Positions 24,035-34,054 are shown, counted from the stretch's first letter. The stretch: DNA of 64,000 nt from an uncultured Isosphaeraceae bacterium (GCA_964507445.1 CAZDQF010000005.1:38436-102435); one strand, 5' to 3'. Program-made: numbers and translations. Notes: a model not told the origin generated them from the letters alone.

Positions 24035-26716
24035 ATGGCGGCATACGCCGCGTTGGTGCTCTGGATCGGATGGAGAACCGGACGCGGCCACCAGACCACG
24101 GACGAGCTCTTCCTCGGCGGTCGCCGCATACCCGCGTGGGCCGCGTTCCTGTCCATGGTCGCCACGGAGCTGTCCGCGGCCACCTACATCGCGGTGCCGG
24201 CCGCCGCCTACGGAGGAGACTGGGCGTACCTGCAGTTCGCGTTCGGCGCCCTGGCGGGCAAGGTCGTCCTGGGGGTGTGGTTCATCCGTCGCTACCACGC
24301 CATGGGCCTGGTGACGGTCTACGGGTTCCTCCAGCAGCGGTTCGGGCGCGGCGTGGAGCTGCTGGCGTCCTGGTTCTTCCTGGTCGGTCGCCTGTTCGCC
24401 TCCGGATCACGCCTCTTCATCGGCGCCCTGGCCTTCGCCACGGTCACGGGCCAACCCATGGTGCCTTCGATCCTCATGGCGGGGCTGGTGGCCGGGATCT
24501 ACACCCTGAGCGGCGGCATCAAGGCGGTCATCTGGACCGACACCCTGCAGGGAGCGGTGTTCATCTTCGCCGCCGTGACGGCGCTCGTCGTGGTGCTGGG
24601 AGAGACCGGCGGTCTCGGTGAGGTCTGGACCACGGCGGAATCCGCGGACAAGACTCAGGTGTTCCACTTCCCCGACCTTGGAGGACCCACGGCGGCCGAG
24701 ATCTGGGATGCGTTGCTCGGGAACTACATCACCGGAGCCAGCGCGTTCCTGGTGGCCTTGTTCGGGGGCTTCTTCCTGACCCTGGCGAGCCACGGCACCG
24801 ATCAGGATATGGTCCAGCGCCTGCTGACCACCCGCACGGGCAACAAGGGGGCCATGGCGCTGATCGGCTCGGCCATCACCAACTTCCCGCTGTCCGCCCT
24901 GTTCTTGTTCCTGGGCACATCCCTCTGGGTCTTCTATCGCCCCGACTCTCCCGACCCATGGACCGCTTACGACATCAGCGACTCGGGTCGGATCTTCCCT
25001 GTGTTCGTGCTCCACGAGATCCCCGCCGGTATCCGAGGGTTGATCTTCGCCGGGCTCTTCGCCGCCGCCATGTCCAGCATGGACTCCGCCCTCAACTCCC
25101 TGGCCACCACCTGGGTCGTGAACATCCGACGCAACGCTCAGGTGTCTCCCGAGGAGCGACTGCGGATGACCCGAAGGGCGACCGTCGTGCTCGGACTGCT
25201 CCTCATCGGCGCCGCCCTTGGGTGCGTGGCCTGGGCGCAGGCCATGAAGGCCAGCGGATTCGGGTTGCTGGACGTGGCCCTCGGGAGCATGACCATCCTC
25301 TACGGCGGCCTCCTGGGGGCGTTCCTGGTGGGCATGATGACCGAGCGGGGCAGCCAGGGGAGCGTCATGGCGGGCATGCTCGCCAGCGGCTGCCTCGGGC
25401 TCGTCCTCCTGTTCCAGCCGCTGTACACCGACGGGGCGAAGGTGGTGGTGGCGTGGCCCTGGTGGATCATCATCGGCACCGTCGTCTCCTTCGGCATCGG
25501 CGTCCTCGGGCGCAGCAAGCCGCGGCCTCCCGGGAAGCGGAGCCCACTGTGGTTCTTCCTCTACTGCGGCCTCGTGGTCTTGCTGCTGATGGAGGTAGGG
25601 GTGCGAGTCCTGAGCAAGGAGGCCCACGGTCACCTGCAGGTCGGCGACCTCAAGCTGGTGCCCTTTGCACGGGTCTCGGACGAGCACCGCCAGATCCTGA
25701 ACACGAAGCTGGATCAATTCACCTACAAGATCCCGGACCGGGAGCTGGGGTGGACCATCCGACCCAACGGCCGCAGCCGTGACGGCATGGGCGCCGCCAA
25801 CGCCATGGGCCTGCGCTCGGCGCCGTCTCCGGTCCGTCCCCCGTCCGACTCCGTGAGCCGGGTGCTGCTGCTGGGAGATTCCTACACCCACGGAGATGAG
25901 GTGCCCTGGAACGCCACCTGGGCGGCGCAGCTGCAACGCACCATGGGCGACAGCTACGAGATCCTCAACGGCGGCGTCGGCGGCTACGGCACGGACCAGG
26001 CGATCCTCCGCGGCCGGAGGCTTCGGGAGAAGCTGCGTCCTCAGTGGATCGTCCTCGGTATCCACACGGACGACATGCTCAGGAACGTCACCGTCATGCG
26101 GGCCATCCAGCACCCGTGGACCAACCTCCCCTGGCCCAAGCCCCGTTTCATCCTGGATGCGGACCAGGAGTCCGGCTTGAGGCTGGTCAATCACCCGGTG
26201 GAACCCTGGCCCCCGGAGAAGGTCATCGACGTGCTGGCGAACTACGACGACCACCCCGGGCTACGGGACTGGGATCGCCTGCGGTGGCCTGACCTCTACA
26301 CGGATCGTGCCTGGTACGGATCTCGCCTGCTGCGATGGGTGGCCTCCAGGAAGATCCACCGCGACCGTCACGAGGACCGGCAGGCCCTCATGCGGGACGA
26401 GAACGAGGCGGTGATGGTGACGGCTCTGCTCGCCCGCATGTTCTGTCGCGAGGTGACGGAGTCTGGCGCGCGACCCTTGGTGCTCTTGCTCCCCGCAGAC
26501 GACGAGATCCCCGGGTACGCGGAGGGCAAGAACCCGCGACTGCGGTACCTGCACGCGCAGCTGGAGCGGCTGGAGGTGCCCTTTGTGGATGCGGGGTCCG
26601 CCCTCTTCAAGGAACTCAAGCCTGGCGAAAGCCCCGCAGCCCTCTATCTCATGAGCCACATGAACCGGCGCGGCAACGGCGTCGTCGCGCGCACCCTCGC
26701 CCCCCTCCTCCGGTGA
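24035..26716 (+). CDS. sodium:solute symporter (SSS family) fused to a C-terminal SGNH/GDSL hydrolase domain
   Basis: The N-terminal 520 aa or so has 13 hydrophobic helices and SSS-family architecture. It is followed by an extra helix (WFFLYCGLVVLLLMEV), then GDSL block I LLLGDSYTHGDE, block II NGGVGGYGTDQ and an SHMN-type block V. The alternative start GTG 24011 adds 8 aa. Confidence 0.75.
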   Translation: MAAYAALVLWIGWRTGRGHQTTDELFLGGRRIPAWAAFLSMVATELSAATYIAVPAAAYGGDWAYLQFAFGALAGKVVLGVWFIRRYHAMGLVTVYGFLQQRFGRGVELLASWFFLVGRLFASGSRLFIGALAFATVTGQPMVPSILMAGLVAGIYTLSGGIKAVIWTDTLQGAVFIFAAVTALVVVLGETGGLGEVWTTAESADKTQVFHFPDLGGPTAAEIWDALLGNYITGASAFLVALFGGFFLTLASHGTDQDMVQRLLTTRTGNKGAMALIGSAITNFPLSALFLFLGTSLWVFYRPDSPDPWTAYDISDSGRIFPVFVLHEIPAGIRGLIFAGLFAAAMSSMDSALNSLATTWVVNIRRNAQVSPEERLRMTRRATVVLGLLLIGAALGCVAWAQAMKASGFGLLDVALGSMTILYGGLLGAFLVGMMTERGSQGSVMAGMLASGCLGLVLLFQPLYTDGAKVVVAWPWWIIIGTVVSFGIGVLGRSKPRPPGKRSPLWFFLYCGLVVLLLMEVGVRVLSKEAHGHLQVGDLKLVPFARVSDEHRQILNTKLDQFTYKIPDRELGWTIRPNGRSRDGMGAANAMGLRSAPSPVRPPSDSVSRVLLLGDSYTHGDEVPWNATWAAQLQRTMGDSYEILNGGVGGYGTDQAILRGRRLREKLRPQWIVLGIHTDDMLRNVTVMRAIQHPWTNLPWPKPRFILDADQESGLRLVNHPVEPWPPEKVIDVLANYDDHPGLRDWDRLRWPDLYTDRAWYGSRLLRWVASRKIHRDRHEDRQALMRDENEAVMVTALLARMFCREVTESGARPLVLLLPADDEIPGYAEGKNPRLRYLHAQLERLEVPFVDAGSALFKELKPGESPAALYLMSHMNRRGNGVVARTLAPLLR

Positions 26717-27891
26717 ACCGACCTGGATTCGATACCCGACCGGTGGTCCTGGCCTACGTGGGCTTCTTCGCCTACCTCGGCTCCGCGGGCCCGTGGCTGA
26801 CCACCTATCTGGCAGATCGCGGGTTCGGTCACGGCGTCGCCGGGACGCTCATGGCCACGTTGACCGCGTCCGCCATCACCGGCAGCCTGCTGGCGGCGCG
26901 GGTCGCGGACGCGCGACGAAACCGGCGTCAGCTGCAGCGCTTCCTCTCCCTGGGAGCCACCGCCGCGACCCTCTGCTGGCTGTGGGTCACCGAACCCTGG
27001 ATGGGATACGGGGTGGTCATCCTGCAAGGCCTGTGCATCGGGCCTCAGATCCCCATGCTCGACGCCACCACCATCGACGGCCTGGGCAAGGAGCGCCGAC
27101 GCTACGGCCGTATCCGCGTGTGGGGGTCCCTGTCCTGGGGCGTCGCGACCCTGGTGATCGGCGCCAGCAGGCAGTACGAAGCGGGAGCGGAGTGGATCAT
27201 CCCCGTGTCCATGTCCGGGTGGCTCCTCATCTACCACCTCTCCACCTGGACCATGGCGGACACGCAAGCACCGGCGGAGCACCAGCGGCCGCAACTCGAC
27301 CTGAAGGCGGCCTTCCGCTGCGCGCCCCTCATGCTGCTGCTGTTCACGTCCGCGCTTCACGGCGTCGCGTTCAGCAACTACGAGTATTTCTCCGCCCGGA
27401 CCTTTGAAGAGTTCGGTGTCTCCCCCTTCGGGATCTCCGGCATCCTGATGGTCGGGATCCTGTGCGAGTCGGTGGTGTTCTGGACGGCGCCTTTGCTGCT
27501 CGCCCGTTGGAACCCGCTGCACCTCGCAATCGTCGCCTTGCTGGCCACGGGCGTCCGCTGGTGGGTCATGCCGCAGATCGGCTCCGTCGCCGGGTTCGCC
27601 CTCCTGCAACCCACCCACGCGTTCAGCTTCGCCCTCTGGTACAGCGCCGCCCTCCACCTCATCTCCCGGTTCGTCCATGAAGAGGTGCGGACCAGCGGAC
27701 AGACCCTGCTGTTCATCTCCCTGTCGGGAGGCATGGCCGTCGGCGTCGCCGTCGGCGGCACGCTCCGTGAGCAGCTCGGGACGACGGCCACCTTCCAGGG
27801 GGCCGCGGTGGTCGAGCTGCTGGCGGCGGCGGTCCTGATCCTGTCCGCTGGCCTCTTCAGCCGCAGAGAAACGGTCGGCGCCAGGGACTGA
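26712..27891 (+). CDS. MFS transporter, MFS_1_like / PPP (HcaT-like) family
   Basis: 12 hydrophobic helices. YGRIRVWGSLSWGVAT resembles the HcaT YGKVRLWGSVAF motif. GTG start 26712 overlaps the upstream stop (GTGA), so the two genes are translationally coupled. Confidence 0.65.
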
Positions 27892-27904
27892 GCGCGAGGG
27901 CGGG

Positions 27905-29617
27905 CTACTTGTCTTCTACCAGCGCCGACTCGCGATCCAGCTCTGGCTCCTGCAACGGCGCTGGCTTGGAGCCGCTGTCCCGCAGGGTCTTCAGCAGATC
28001 CCGAGCGAAGCGGATCGGGGTCCCGTAGTTGGCGCCGGTGAAGTTACGGCTGATGGCCGTGTTGATCCCCACCACCATCTGATCCTCATTGAAGACCGGC
28101 CCGCCGCTGCCGCCGTTATAGGTCACCGCGTCGTACACCAACTGCGTGTCGCTCTTGCTGGAGAGCGCACCCTTGGTGAAGACCGGCTCGATGCCCTTCA
28201 TCTGGGTGAGGTTCTTGACCAGGCTGTGATTCGCGTCGTCCGAGCGATTGACCAGGTCCTTGAGGGTGCTGGTGGGCAACTTTTGCATGAGGCCCGAGAG
28301 ACCCTCCGGGTACCCGATGACATACACGTCCATCCCCGCCTCGAGGGAGTTCTTCGGGCCTGACAGCGGGAGCACCGGGAGGTCATCGGGTACCGAGACG
28401 AGCCGGACCACGGCGATGTCCTGGTCCTCATGAACGGTCATGCGCTGCAACGGCACGGGCTCGACGCGCCCCGGAAAACAGGCGATGAACACCTCTCTTA
28501 CGGCCCGGAAGCCGCGGTCCAGGAGCGGTGAGCCGAAGGAGTCGTCTTCGTACCAAGGATCGATGACGTGGCGGTTTGACAGCACCAGCCCCGACTTGTC
28601 GATCAGGAACCCTGAACCGGAGACCCAATCCATGTGCTTGGGCCCTTCGCCACCGAGGGTCACCGGGACCCGAACCTTGGGGTCGGGCTTGCCCGTCTTC
28701 GGATCAATGACCCAGCGGAGGAACTGCTTGCGCTCCGGGTGATAGAAGGAGATCCCGACGTAGATGAAGCAGACGCCGCGGTGATAGTCCTTGTGGATGC
28801 GCTTCGCCGCACCGGCCTGGAGTTCAGCGGCGCTCATGCGGGCGACTACGTCCTGGGTCTTGGTCGAGAGATCCTGCATCTCCGCCTCTCGCTTCTTCGA
28901 TCGAACCGTGAGGCGAGCCAGCTCGTCAGCAATCTCGTCGTCCAGCTTCCTCGCTTGATCGGTCAGGCGCCGCTCCATGTCCTCTCGCTCGACACGGCTC
29001 TGGGTCAGGAGCGCCAGCAACCGATCGCCCTCCTCCTGATCCGCCCGGTGACGCGCGTCCATGACCCGGACGGTCTCCTGGGAATCGAGCATCGTCTTCA
29101 CCAGCACGACCCCCAGTCCGATGATCACGGCCCCCATCACGGTCAGCGCCACCTGGAAACGACGGGTGCTGTTGGCAACGGCCTCCTTGACCAGTTGACG
29201 AGCGAACACGGTCATCCGCGTGGCGCGGGTCGCCCGGGGACGGTCCGCAGAGACCACATCTCGGGCATCCCCCACCATCTGGTGGAAGGTCTTGGTGGGT
29301 CTCCGAGCCTGGGAGAGGCGGAACCGGAACAACGGCCCCTCCTGTCCAAGCCGCACCAGGTCGTTCTGCTGAATGGCCGCTTCCATGACGGGCTCGTCGT
29401 TGAGGAGCACGGGAGCGTCCGTCAGGCTACGGATGAACCAACGGCCCTCCCGGTCCTCGAGCTCCAGGTGCCGCGGCGCCACGGGCCGACGAGCAGAGGG
29501 CGGGATGCGGACCACGCAGTCTCCGTCGGAACCGATGACGACAGGGTTCGCCTGGGGGGTGAGCGTCACTCCCTTGAGGCTCCCGGAGAGGCAGAACAAG
29601 ACCGGATGAACAGGCAT
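27905..29617 (-). CDS. FHA-domain protein with transmembrane helix, coiled-coil and C-terminal trypsin-like (S1) serine protease domain
   Basis: ATG 29617. N-terminal FHA domain (GSDGDCVVRIP...HLELE...RSLTD...GPLFRF), a helix VALTVMGAVIIGLGVVLV, a charged coiled-coil, then a protease domain with NRHV (His), a DIAVV-type Asp and GGSGGPVF (Ser). Confidence 0.7.
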   Translation of the reverse strand: MPVHPVLFCLSGSLKGVTLTPQANPVVIGSDGDCVVRIPPSARRPVAPRHLELEDREGRWFIRSLTDAPVLLNDEPVMEAAIQQNDLVRLGQEGPLFRFRLSQARRPTKTFHQMVGDARDVVSADRPRATRATRMTVFARQLVKEAVANSTRRFQVALTVMGAVIIGLGVVLVKTMLDSQETVRVMDARHRADQEEGDRLLALLTQSRVEREDMERRLTDQARKLDDEIADELARLTVRSKKREAEMQDLSTKTQDVVARMSAAELQAGAAKRIHKDYHRGVCFIYVGISFYHPERKQFLRWVIDPKTGKPDPKVRVPVTLGGEGPKHMDWVSGSGFLIDKSGLVLSNRHVIDPWYEDDSFGSPLLDRGFRAVREVFIACFPGRVEPVPLQRMTVHEDQDIAVVRLVSVPDDLPVLPLSGPKNSLEAGMDVYVIGYPEGLSGLMQKLPTSTLKDLVNRSDDANHSLVKNLTQMKGIEPVFTKGALSSKSDTQLVYDAVTYNGGSGGPVFNEDQMVVGINTAISRNFTGANYGTPIRFARDLLKTLRDSGSKPAPLQEPELDRESALVEDK

Positions 29618-29651
29618 CACCGTCGATGATAGCGAGTGTGGGCGAAAATCG

Positions 29652-31001
29652 TCAGGGCCGAGTTGGCGGCATCGTTCGCTGACGACGGAACCGGAACAGG
29701 TAGAACCACACCGCCGCGAGGATCCAGCACACTCCGATCCAGGCTGCATTGCGGTTCTCATCCACCTGGAACGCTCCGTAGATGATCGCCAGCTCCAGCA
29801 GCAGGAACCCGAGCGGGACCACGGGATAGAGGGGAACCCGGAACGGACGATGCGCGCCCGGTGACCTGGTTCGCAGGATCACCAGCGCCAGCGCCGTCAG
29901 GCAGAAGAACGGAGCCTCCACGAACACGACCCCCGTCAGGAGACGCCCGACGCCGTCCTTTCCGGCCCCCACGGCGAACACAAGACCGAGGACCCCCACC
30001 AGGAGGATCGCCGGCAAGGGGGTCTTGAAGCGAGAGTGTACGCGGGCGAACACCTGGAAGAACCGACCGTCCTGGGCCATGCCGCACAGGAGCCGGGGAC
30101 CCGAGAGGAGCTGGGCGTTGAGCACGCCGAGAGCGGAGAACGCCACCGCCGCGGCGATCAGCTTGCTCCCGGTCGATGGGAGCACCGTGGACACGGCGTC
30201 CGCGGCCAGGGTGTCGCTCGTGGAAACGCCCTCGTACCCCAGGAGCGCGAAGTACGCCCAGTTCGCGACCAGGTAGACCAGGATCACCAGGACCACGCCG
30301 GCGATGATGGACAGGGGGATGTTGCGCCTCGGGTTCTTGATCTCGCCGCCGATCCACAGAGCGTGCTGCCACCCTCCGAAGGAGAACAGGGCCGGGACCA
30401 GGGCCGCGAACAACAACCGCAGCCAGGGTTCGCCCGAGGAGTCGGCGGCGGGCGCCGTCACCCCTCCGCCTGCGCTCTGAGGAGTGAAGATGAGGGGCAG
30501 GGCGCCCACCATGACCAGGGTCCCGACCTTGGCGAACACGGTCACGTTCTGGATCGCCGCACCCTGCTTGACGCCGACCACGTTCGCCAACGCCAGACCG
30601 CCGATGAGGGTCGCTGCCATGGCGGTCACCGCCACGCCCCCCGGGACCTCACCCGTCACCAGCAGCCCGATATTCTCGGCGCAGATGATGGCGATGATGG
30701 CCGCGGCCCCCGGGAGAATGGCCGTTGAGTAACAGAAGACGAAGCAGAAGGCGACGAAGGGCCCGAACGCATCGCGCAGGACCTCATACTGGCCTCCCGT
30801 GCGCCCGTACATGCCGCCCAGCTCAGCGAACACCAGCGCACCCAGCAGCGCCACGAAGCCCCCCAAGGCCCAGGTCCACATGGCGAGCTGAGCGCTCCCG
30901 GCGACCTGCGCCACGGTGGTGGGTGTGAAGAAGATGCCGACGCCGACGATCGCGCCCACGACGATGCAGGTGGCGCTCAACGGGCCCAGGACCCGCTCCA
31001 T
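29652..31001 (-). CDS. amino acid permease (APC superfamily)
   Basis: 12 helices with a Gly-rich helix 1 (IVVGAIVGVGIFF). I prefer ATG 31001; the track's GTG 31031 has a GGGGAG directly abutting it, which is too close to serve as a ribosome-binding site. Confidence 0.75.
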   Translation of the reverse strand: MERVLGPLSATCIVVGAIVGVGIFFTPTTVAQVAGSAQLAMWTWALGGFVALLGALVFAELGGMYGRTGGQYEVLRDAFGPFVAFCFVFCYSTAILPGAAAIIAIICAENIGLLVTGEVPGGVAVTAMAATLIGGLALANVVGVKQGAAIQNVTVFAKVGTLVMVGALPLIFTPQSAGGGVTAPAADSSGEPWLRLLFAALVPALFSFGGWQHALWIGGEIKNPRRNIPLSIIAGVVLVILVYLVANWAYFALLGYEGVSTSDTLAADAVSTVLPSTGSKLIAAAVAFSALGVLNAQLLSGPRLLCGMAQDGRFFQVFARVHSRFKTPLPAILLVGVLGLVFAVGAGKDGVGRLLTGVVFVEAPFFCLTALALVILRTRSPGAHRPFRVPLYPVVPLGFLLLELAIIYGAFQVDENRNAAWIGVCWILAAVWFYLFRFRRQRTMPPTRP

Positions 31002-31018
31002 GGGGGCGCCCCCGTTGG

Positions 31019-31678
31019 TCACCGCAACCACCTCCCCGAGCGCAACGGATCGGCGTCTTCGTTGAAGCGGAGCGTCAGCACCGCCGGACCGGACGTCCCC
31101 GGGGGGAGACTGAACCGAACGGGGCTCTCCGCCGATCCCGGCAACCGAACCCCATCCAGCCCCACCTCGACGTGATCGCCACGCAGCCCTTCCAGCAGGA
31201 GGCAGGTGGAGCCTTCGGGGATGTCCACGTCACCGAAGCATGCTCCGAGCCCCAGTATTCTCGGAGCCACCAGGGAGACGCCCTCCGATTCCTCCGGGGG
31301 GTTCCAGGCATAAGACCACGTCAGCCGATGGTCGCCGGCGGCCAGGTCGTCGGGCAGGACATACCCCTCCCGGTCTTCCGCCATGGCTCGCTTCGACGGG
31401 ACACAGTAGGCGCCGTCCAGCTCCAGGGTCCGCAGCCCGGTGGCGTTCACCTCCACCTCCAACCGACTCAGCTTCACCGGGCATGAAAAGGACGCCTCCA
31501 GCTCGAGGATGGCGAAGTCCCCCTCCGCCACCAACCGCTCCTGGAGCGTGGCGATGGAGAGGGGTCCCACCTGCTCCCCATCAACGTCCGCCCGCACCTC
31601 ATCGAGGGTCCGGGCGACGGACTGTTCGTCCAGCAAGGGACGGAAGCCATCGATCGACAAAGCAACACCCGCGTCCAT
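31019..31678 (-). CDS. hypothetical protein
   Basis: 219 aa with balanced composition. Its ATG 31678 directly abuts the stop of the upstream epimerase, and it sits in a minus-strand operon. No family recognised. Confidence 0.45.
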   Translation of the reverse strand: MDAGVALSIDGFRPLLDEQSVARTLDEVRADVDGEQVGPLSIATLQERLVAEGDFAILELEASFSCPVKLSRLEVEVNATGLRTLELDGAYCVPSKRAMAEDREGYVLPDDLAAGDHRLTWSYAWNPPEESEGVSLVAPRILGLGACFGDVDIPEGSTCLLLEGLRGDHVEVGLDGVRLPGSAESPVRFSLPPGTSGPAVLTLRFNEDADPLRSGRWLR

Positions 31679-32569
31679 TTACCGCCCCTTCCCCATGAGA
31701 TCTGCGAGCGCCGCGTCGATGTCCTGGAAGCGGGACCGGAAACCAGACGCGTCCGCCCGCTCAGGCAACACCCGCTGGCTGCCCAGCAGGACCTCCGCCA
31801 CCTCTCCCAACATCAGTCGGATGGCAAACCCGGGCACCGGCAACCAGGAGGGGCGGCCGATGGACCTACCCAGGGCCTGACAGAATCGCTTCATGGTCAC
31901 GGGATTCGGCGAGGTCCCGTTGACGGCGCCCCGGACGTCGTCCTTGTCCATGGCGTGGAGGATCAAGTCCACCAGGTCATCGCCATGAATCCAGCTCATC
32001 CACTGCCTGCCGCTGCCAACCGGGCCCCCCGCGAAGAACCGGAACGGCGGCAACATGGCCTTGATAGCGCCCCCGTCGGGACCGAGGACGACGCCGATGC
32101 GCAACAGGACGGTCCTGACGCCGTGGGACTCCGCCTCCGCTCCGGCCGCCTCCCAGTCCTTGCAGGTGTCCACGAGGAACGCGCCGGAAGGCCCCGGGCC
32201 AGAAGACTCAACCAGCTCTTCGTCGCCACGGTCACCATAGAAGCCGATGGCAGAAGCCTGGATCAGGACCTTGGGACGCGGCTCGTGGGCGAACCGCGCG
32301 ACCAGGTCCCGGGTCAGGTCCACCCGACTGGATCTCATGATCTCCTTCTGGGCTGCGGACCACCTGCGGGCGAACAGGTTCTCGCCGGTCAGGTTGATGA
32401 CCGCATCGGCGTCCAGGGGACCGTCCGTGCAAGGCGCCCAGGTGATCCCGGGGTCCGCGGGGCGATCCGGATTCCTCGTCAGCACGACCACGTGGTCTCC
32501 TCGATCCGCCAACCGGCGGGCCAGGCGCCTGCCGATGAACCCGCTCCCCCCAGCGATGACGACTCTCAT
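31679..32569 (-). CDS. TIGR01777 / YfcH-family NAD-dependent epimerase (with DUF1731 C-terminus)
   Basis: MRVVIAGGSGFIGRRL Rossmann N-terminus. The length and C-terminal region match the SDR-family YfcH epimerases. Confidence 0.75.
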   Translation of the reverse strand: MRVVIAGGSGFIGRRLARRLADRGDHVVVLTRNPDRPADPGITWAPCTDGPLDADAVINLTGENLFARRWSAAQKEIMRSSRVDLTRDLVARFAHEPRPKVLIQASAIGFYGDRGDEELVESSGPGPSGAFLVDTCKDWEAAGAEAESHGVRTVLLRIGVVLGPDGGAIKAMLPPFRFFAGGPVGSGRQWMSWIHGDDLVDLILHAMDKDDVRGAVNGTSPNPVTMKRFCQALGRSIGRPSWLPVPGFAIRLMLGEVAEVLLGSQRVLPERADASGFRSRFQDIDAALADLMGKGR

Positions 32570-32606
32570 GATCGAGATGATAGCGATCCGAGGTCGGGGC
32601 GTTACC

Positions 32607-32996
32607 ATGCCGGGGATGAACCCGCTCCCTCCCATGCACGGCCTGCGCCACGTCGCCCTTTATGTGTCGGATGTGGAACGCTCCGTGGCGTTCTACCGGG
32701 ATGTGTTCGGGATGCACGAGGAATGGCGCCCGGACCCGGACAACGCCTACCTCACCGGCGGCTCCGACAACCTCGCTCTCCACAAGGGACGGGTGGAGGT
32801 GTCGACGAACCTCGATCACATCGGCTTCCTGGTCCCCAACGCAGAAGACGTGGATGCCTGGCAAGCGCGCCTGATAGACCACGGACACACACCCGAACAG
32901 CCAGCGAAGACCCACCGGGACGGCGCCCGGTCGTTCTATGTCAGGGACCCGGACGGGCACCTGGTCCAGGTCCTTCACCATCCTCCCATCTCCTGA
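32607..32996 (+). CDS. VOC-family (glyoxalase/bleomycin-resistance/dioxygenase) protein
   Basis: LRHVALYVSDVERSVAFYRDVFGM...LDHIGFLVPN...VRDPDGHLVQV is the paired beta-alpha-beta-beta-beta VOC fold signature. The track start 32247 is over-extended. Confidence 0.65.
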   Translation: MPGMNPLPPMHGLRHVALYVSDVERSVAFYRDVFGMHEEWRPDPDNAYLTGGSDNLALHKGRVEVSTNLDHIGFLVPNAEDVDAWQARLIDHGHTPEQPAKTHRDGARSFYVRDPDGHLVQVLHHPPIS

Positions 32997-33020
32997 ACAC
33001 CGCGAGCGGAGCCCAGCCCC

Positions 33021-33842
33021 ATGAAGCCGCTGTTGATGTCGCTCCTGTTGCTGCTGACCTCCTGTCAAACCGACCAGCGCGGCGACCTGGTGGTGGTCGC
33101 CCATCGCGGGGGCGCCATGGAGGTGCCCGAGAACACCATGGCGGCGTGCCGCTGGGCCATCGCTGAGGGCTTCGAAGCGGTGGAGATCGACGTCCGCCTG
33201 ACCGGAGACGGCCGCGCGGCCATGATCCACGACCGCACCGTGGACCGCACCGCCGGGCGCCCGGCCTCGGCGCCTGTGCGACAACTGGACCTGCAGACAC
33301 TCAACCGCTTCGACGTGGGCGCGCCCTTTGATCGGCGCTTCGAGGGTGAGCGCATCGTTCCCCTCGAGACGGTGCTTCAGCTGCCCTGGGGTGAGCGCAC
33401 CCGGTTGATGATCGAGGTGAAGAGGGAAGGGGACCACAAGGCCACGGAATCTGTACCAGACGATCGAGCCCTGGCAGACGCGGTGGCCCGAGCGATCGGG
33501 CAGGCCCCCAATCGCTCGGGGCTGCTGCTCGGGAGCTTCAGCGCCACCCTCCTCGGAGAACTCCGCACCCGGCTCCCGGATGTCCCCCTGATCGGCATCG
33601 CCAGCACCCGGGAAGACCTGGCCCCGCATCTGAAGCTCCCCCTGACAGCCGTGGCCCTGAACCGAAAGCACGTCACCCGCTCCTTCACCGAAGACATGTC
33701 TCGGCGTGGACTCGGCGTGTGGTGCTGGACCGTGAGAGATCCATCGGAGCTCGCCCCTCTGCTCGAAGCGGACGTGGACGGGGTCATCACCGATATCCCC
33801 ACCATGGTCCGGAAGCTGCTTCGCGGGCAGACGGGGGAGTGA
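33021..33842 (+). CDS. glycerophosphodiester phosphodiesterase family protein, lipoprotein
   Basis: VVAHRGG...PENT...EIDVRLTGDG...IHD are GDPD motifs. Lipoprotein signal MKPLLMSLLLLLTSC. Confidence 0.75.
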   Translation: MKPLLMSLLLLLTSCQTDQRGDLVVVAHRGGAMEVPENTMAACRWAIAEGFEAVEIDVRLTGDGRAAMIHDRTVDRTAGRPASAPVRQLDLQTLNRFDVGAPFDRRFEGERIVPLETVLQLPWGERTRLMIEVKREGDHKATESVPDDRALADAVARAIGQAPNRSGLLLGSFSATLLGELRTRLPDVPLIGIASTREDLAPHLKLPLTAVALNRKHVTRSFTEDMSRRGLGVWCWTVRDPSELAPLLEADVDGVITDIPTMVRKLLRGQTGE

Positions 33843-33973
33843 CCTCCCTGTCGGCGTCGCAAACCTGCTGAAGCCAACGGGTTCTCCCATGCCCTCTTTG
33901 CCCGGGAAGATATCCCCGGTGGCGCTCGTCTCAACCACCATGGCGCCAGGGTGCGCCTGAACGGAGACGACCC

Positions 33974-34054
33974 ATGTCACGGAATCAGTTGATCCTCGTC
34001 GCGCTGCTCGCGGTGCTGGCCCTGTTCACCCTCGCCCCCCTGGCCTTCACCTGA
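33974..34054 (+). CDS. possible 26-aa hydrophobic small membrane peptide
   Basis: MSRNQLILVALLAVLALFTLAPLAFT with a GGAGA motif 8 nt upstream. Below the ORF-track cutoff; support is weak. Confidence 0.25.
   Translation: MSRNQLILVALLAVLALFTLAPLAFT

Noticed and set aside
31001-31031. GTG 31031 as the start of the APC permease.
   Set aside because: The GGGGAG sits immediately adjacent to the GTG with no spacer, so it cannot be a ribosome-binding site. ATG 31001 gives a typical short N-terminus before helix 1.
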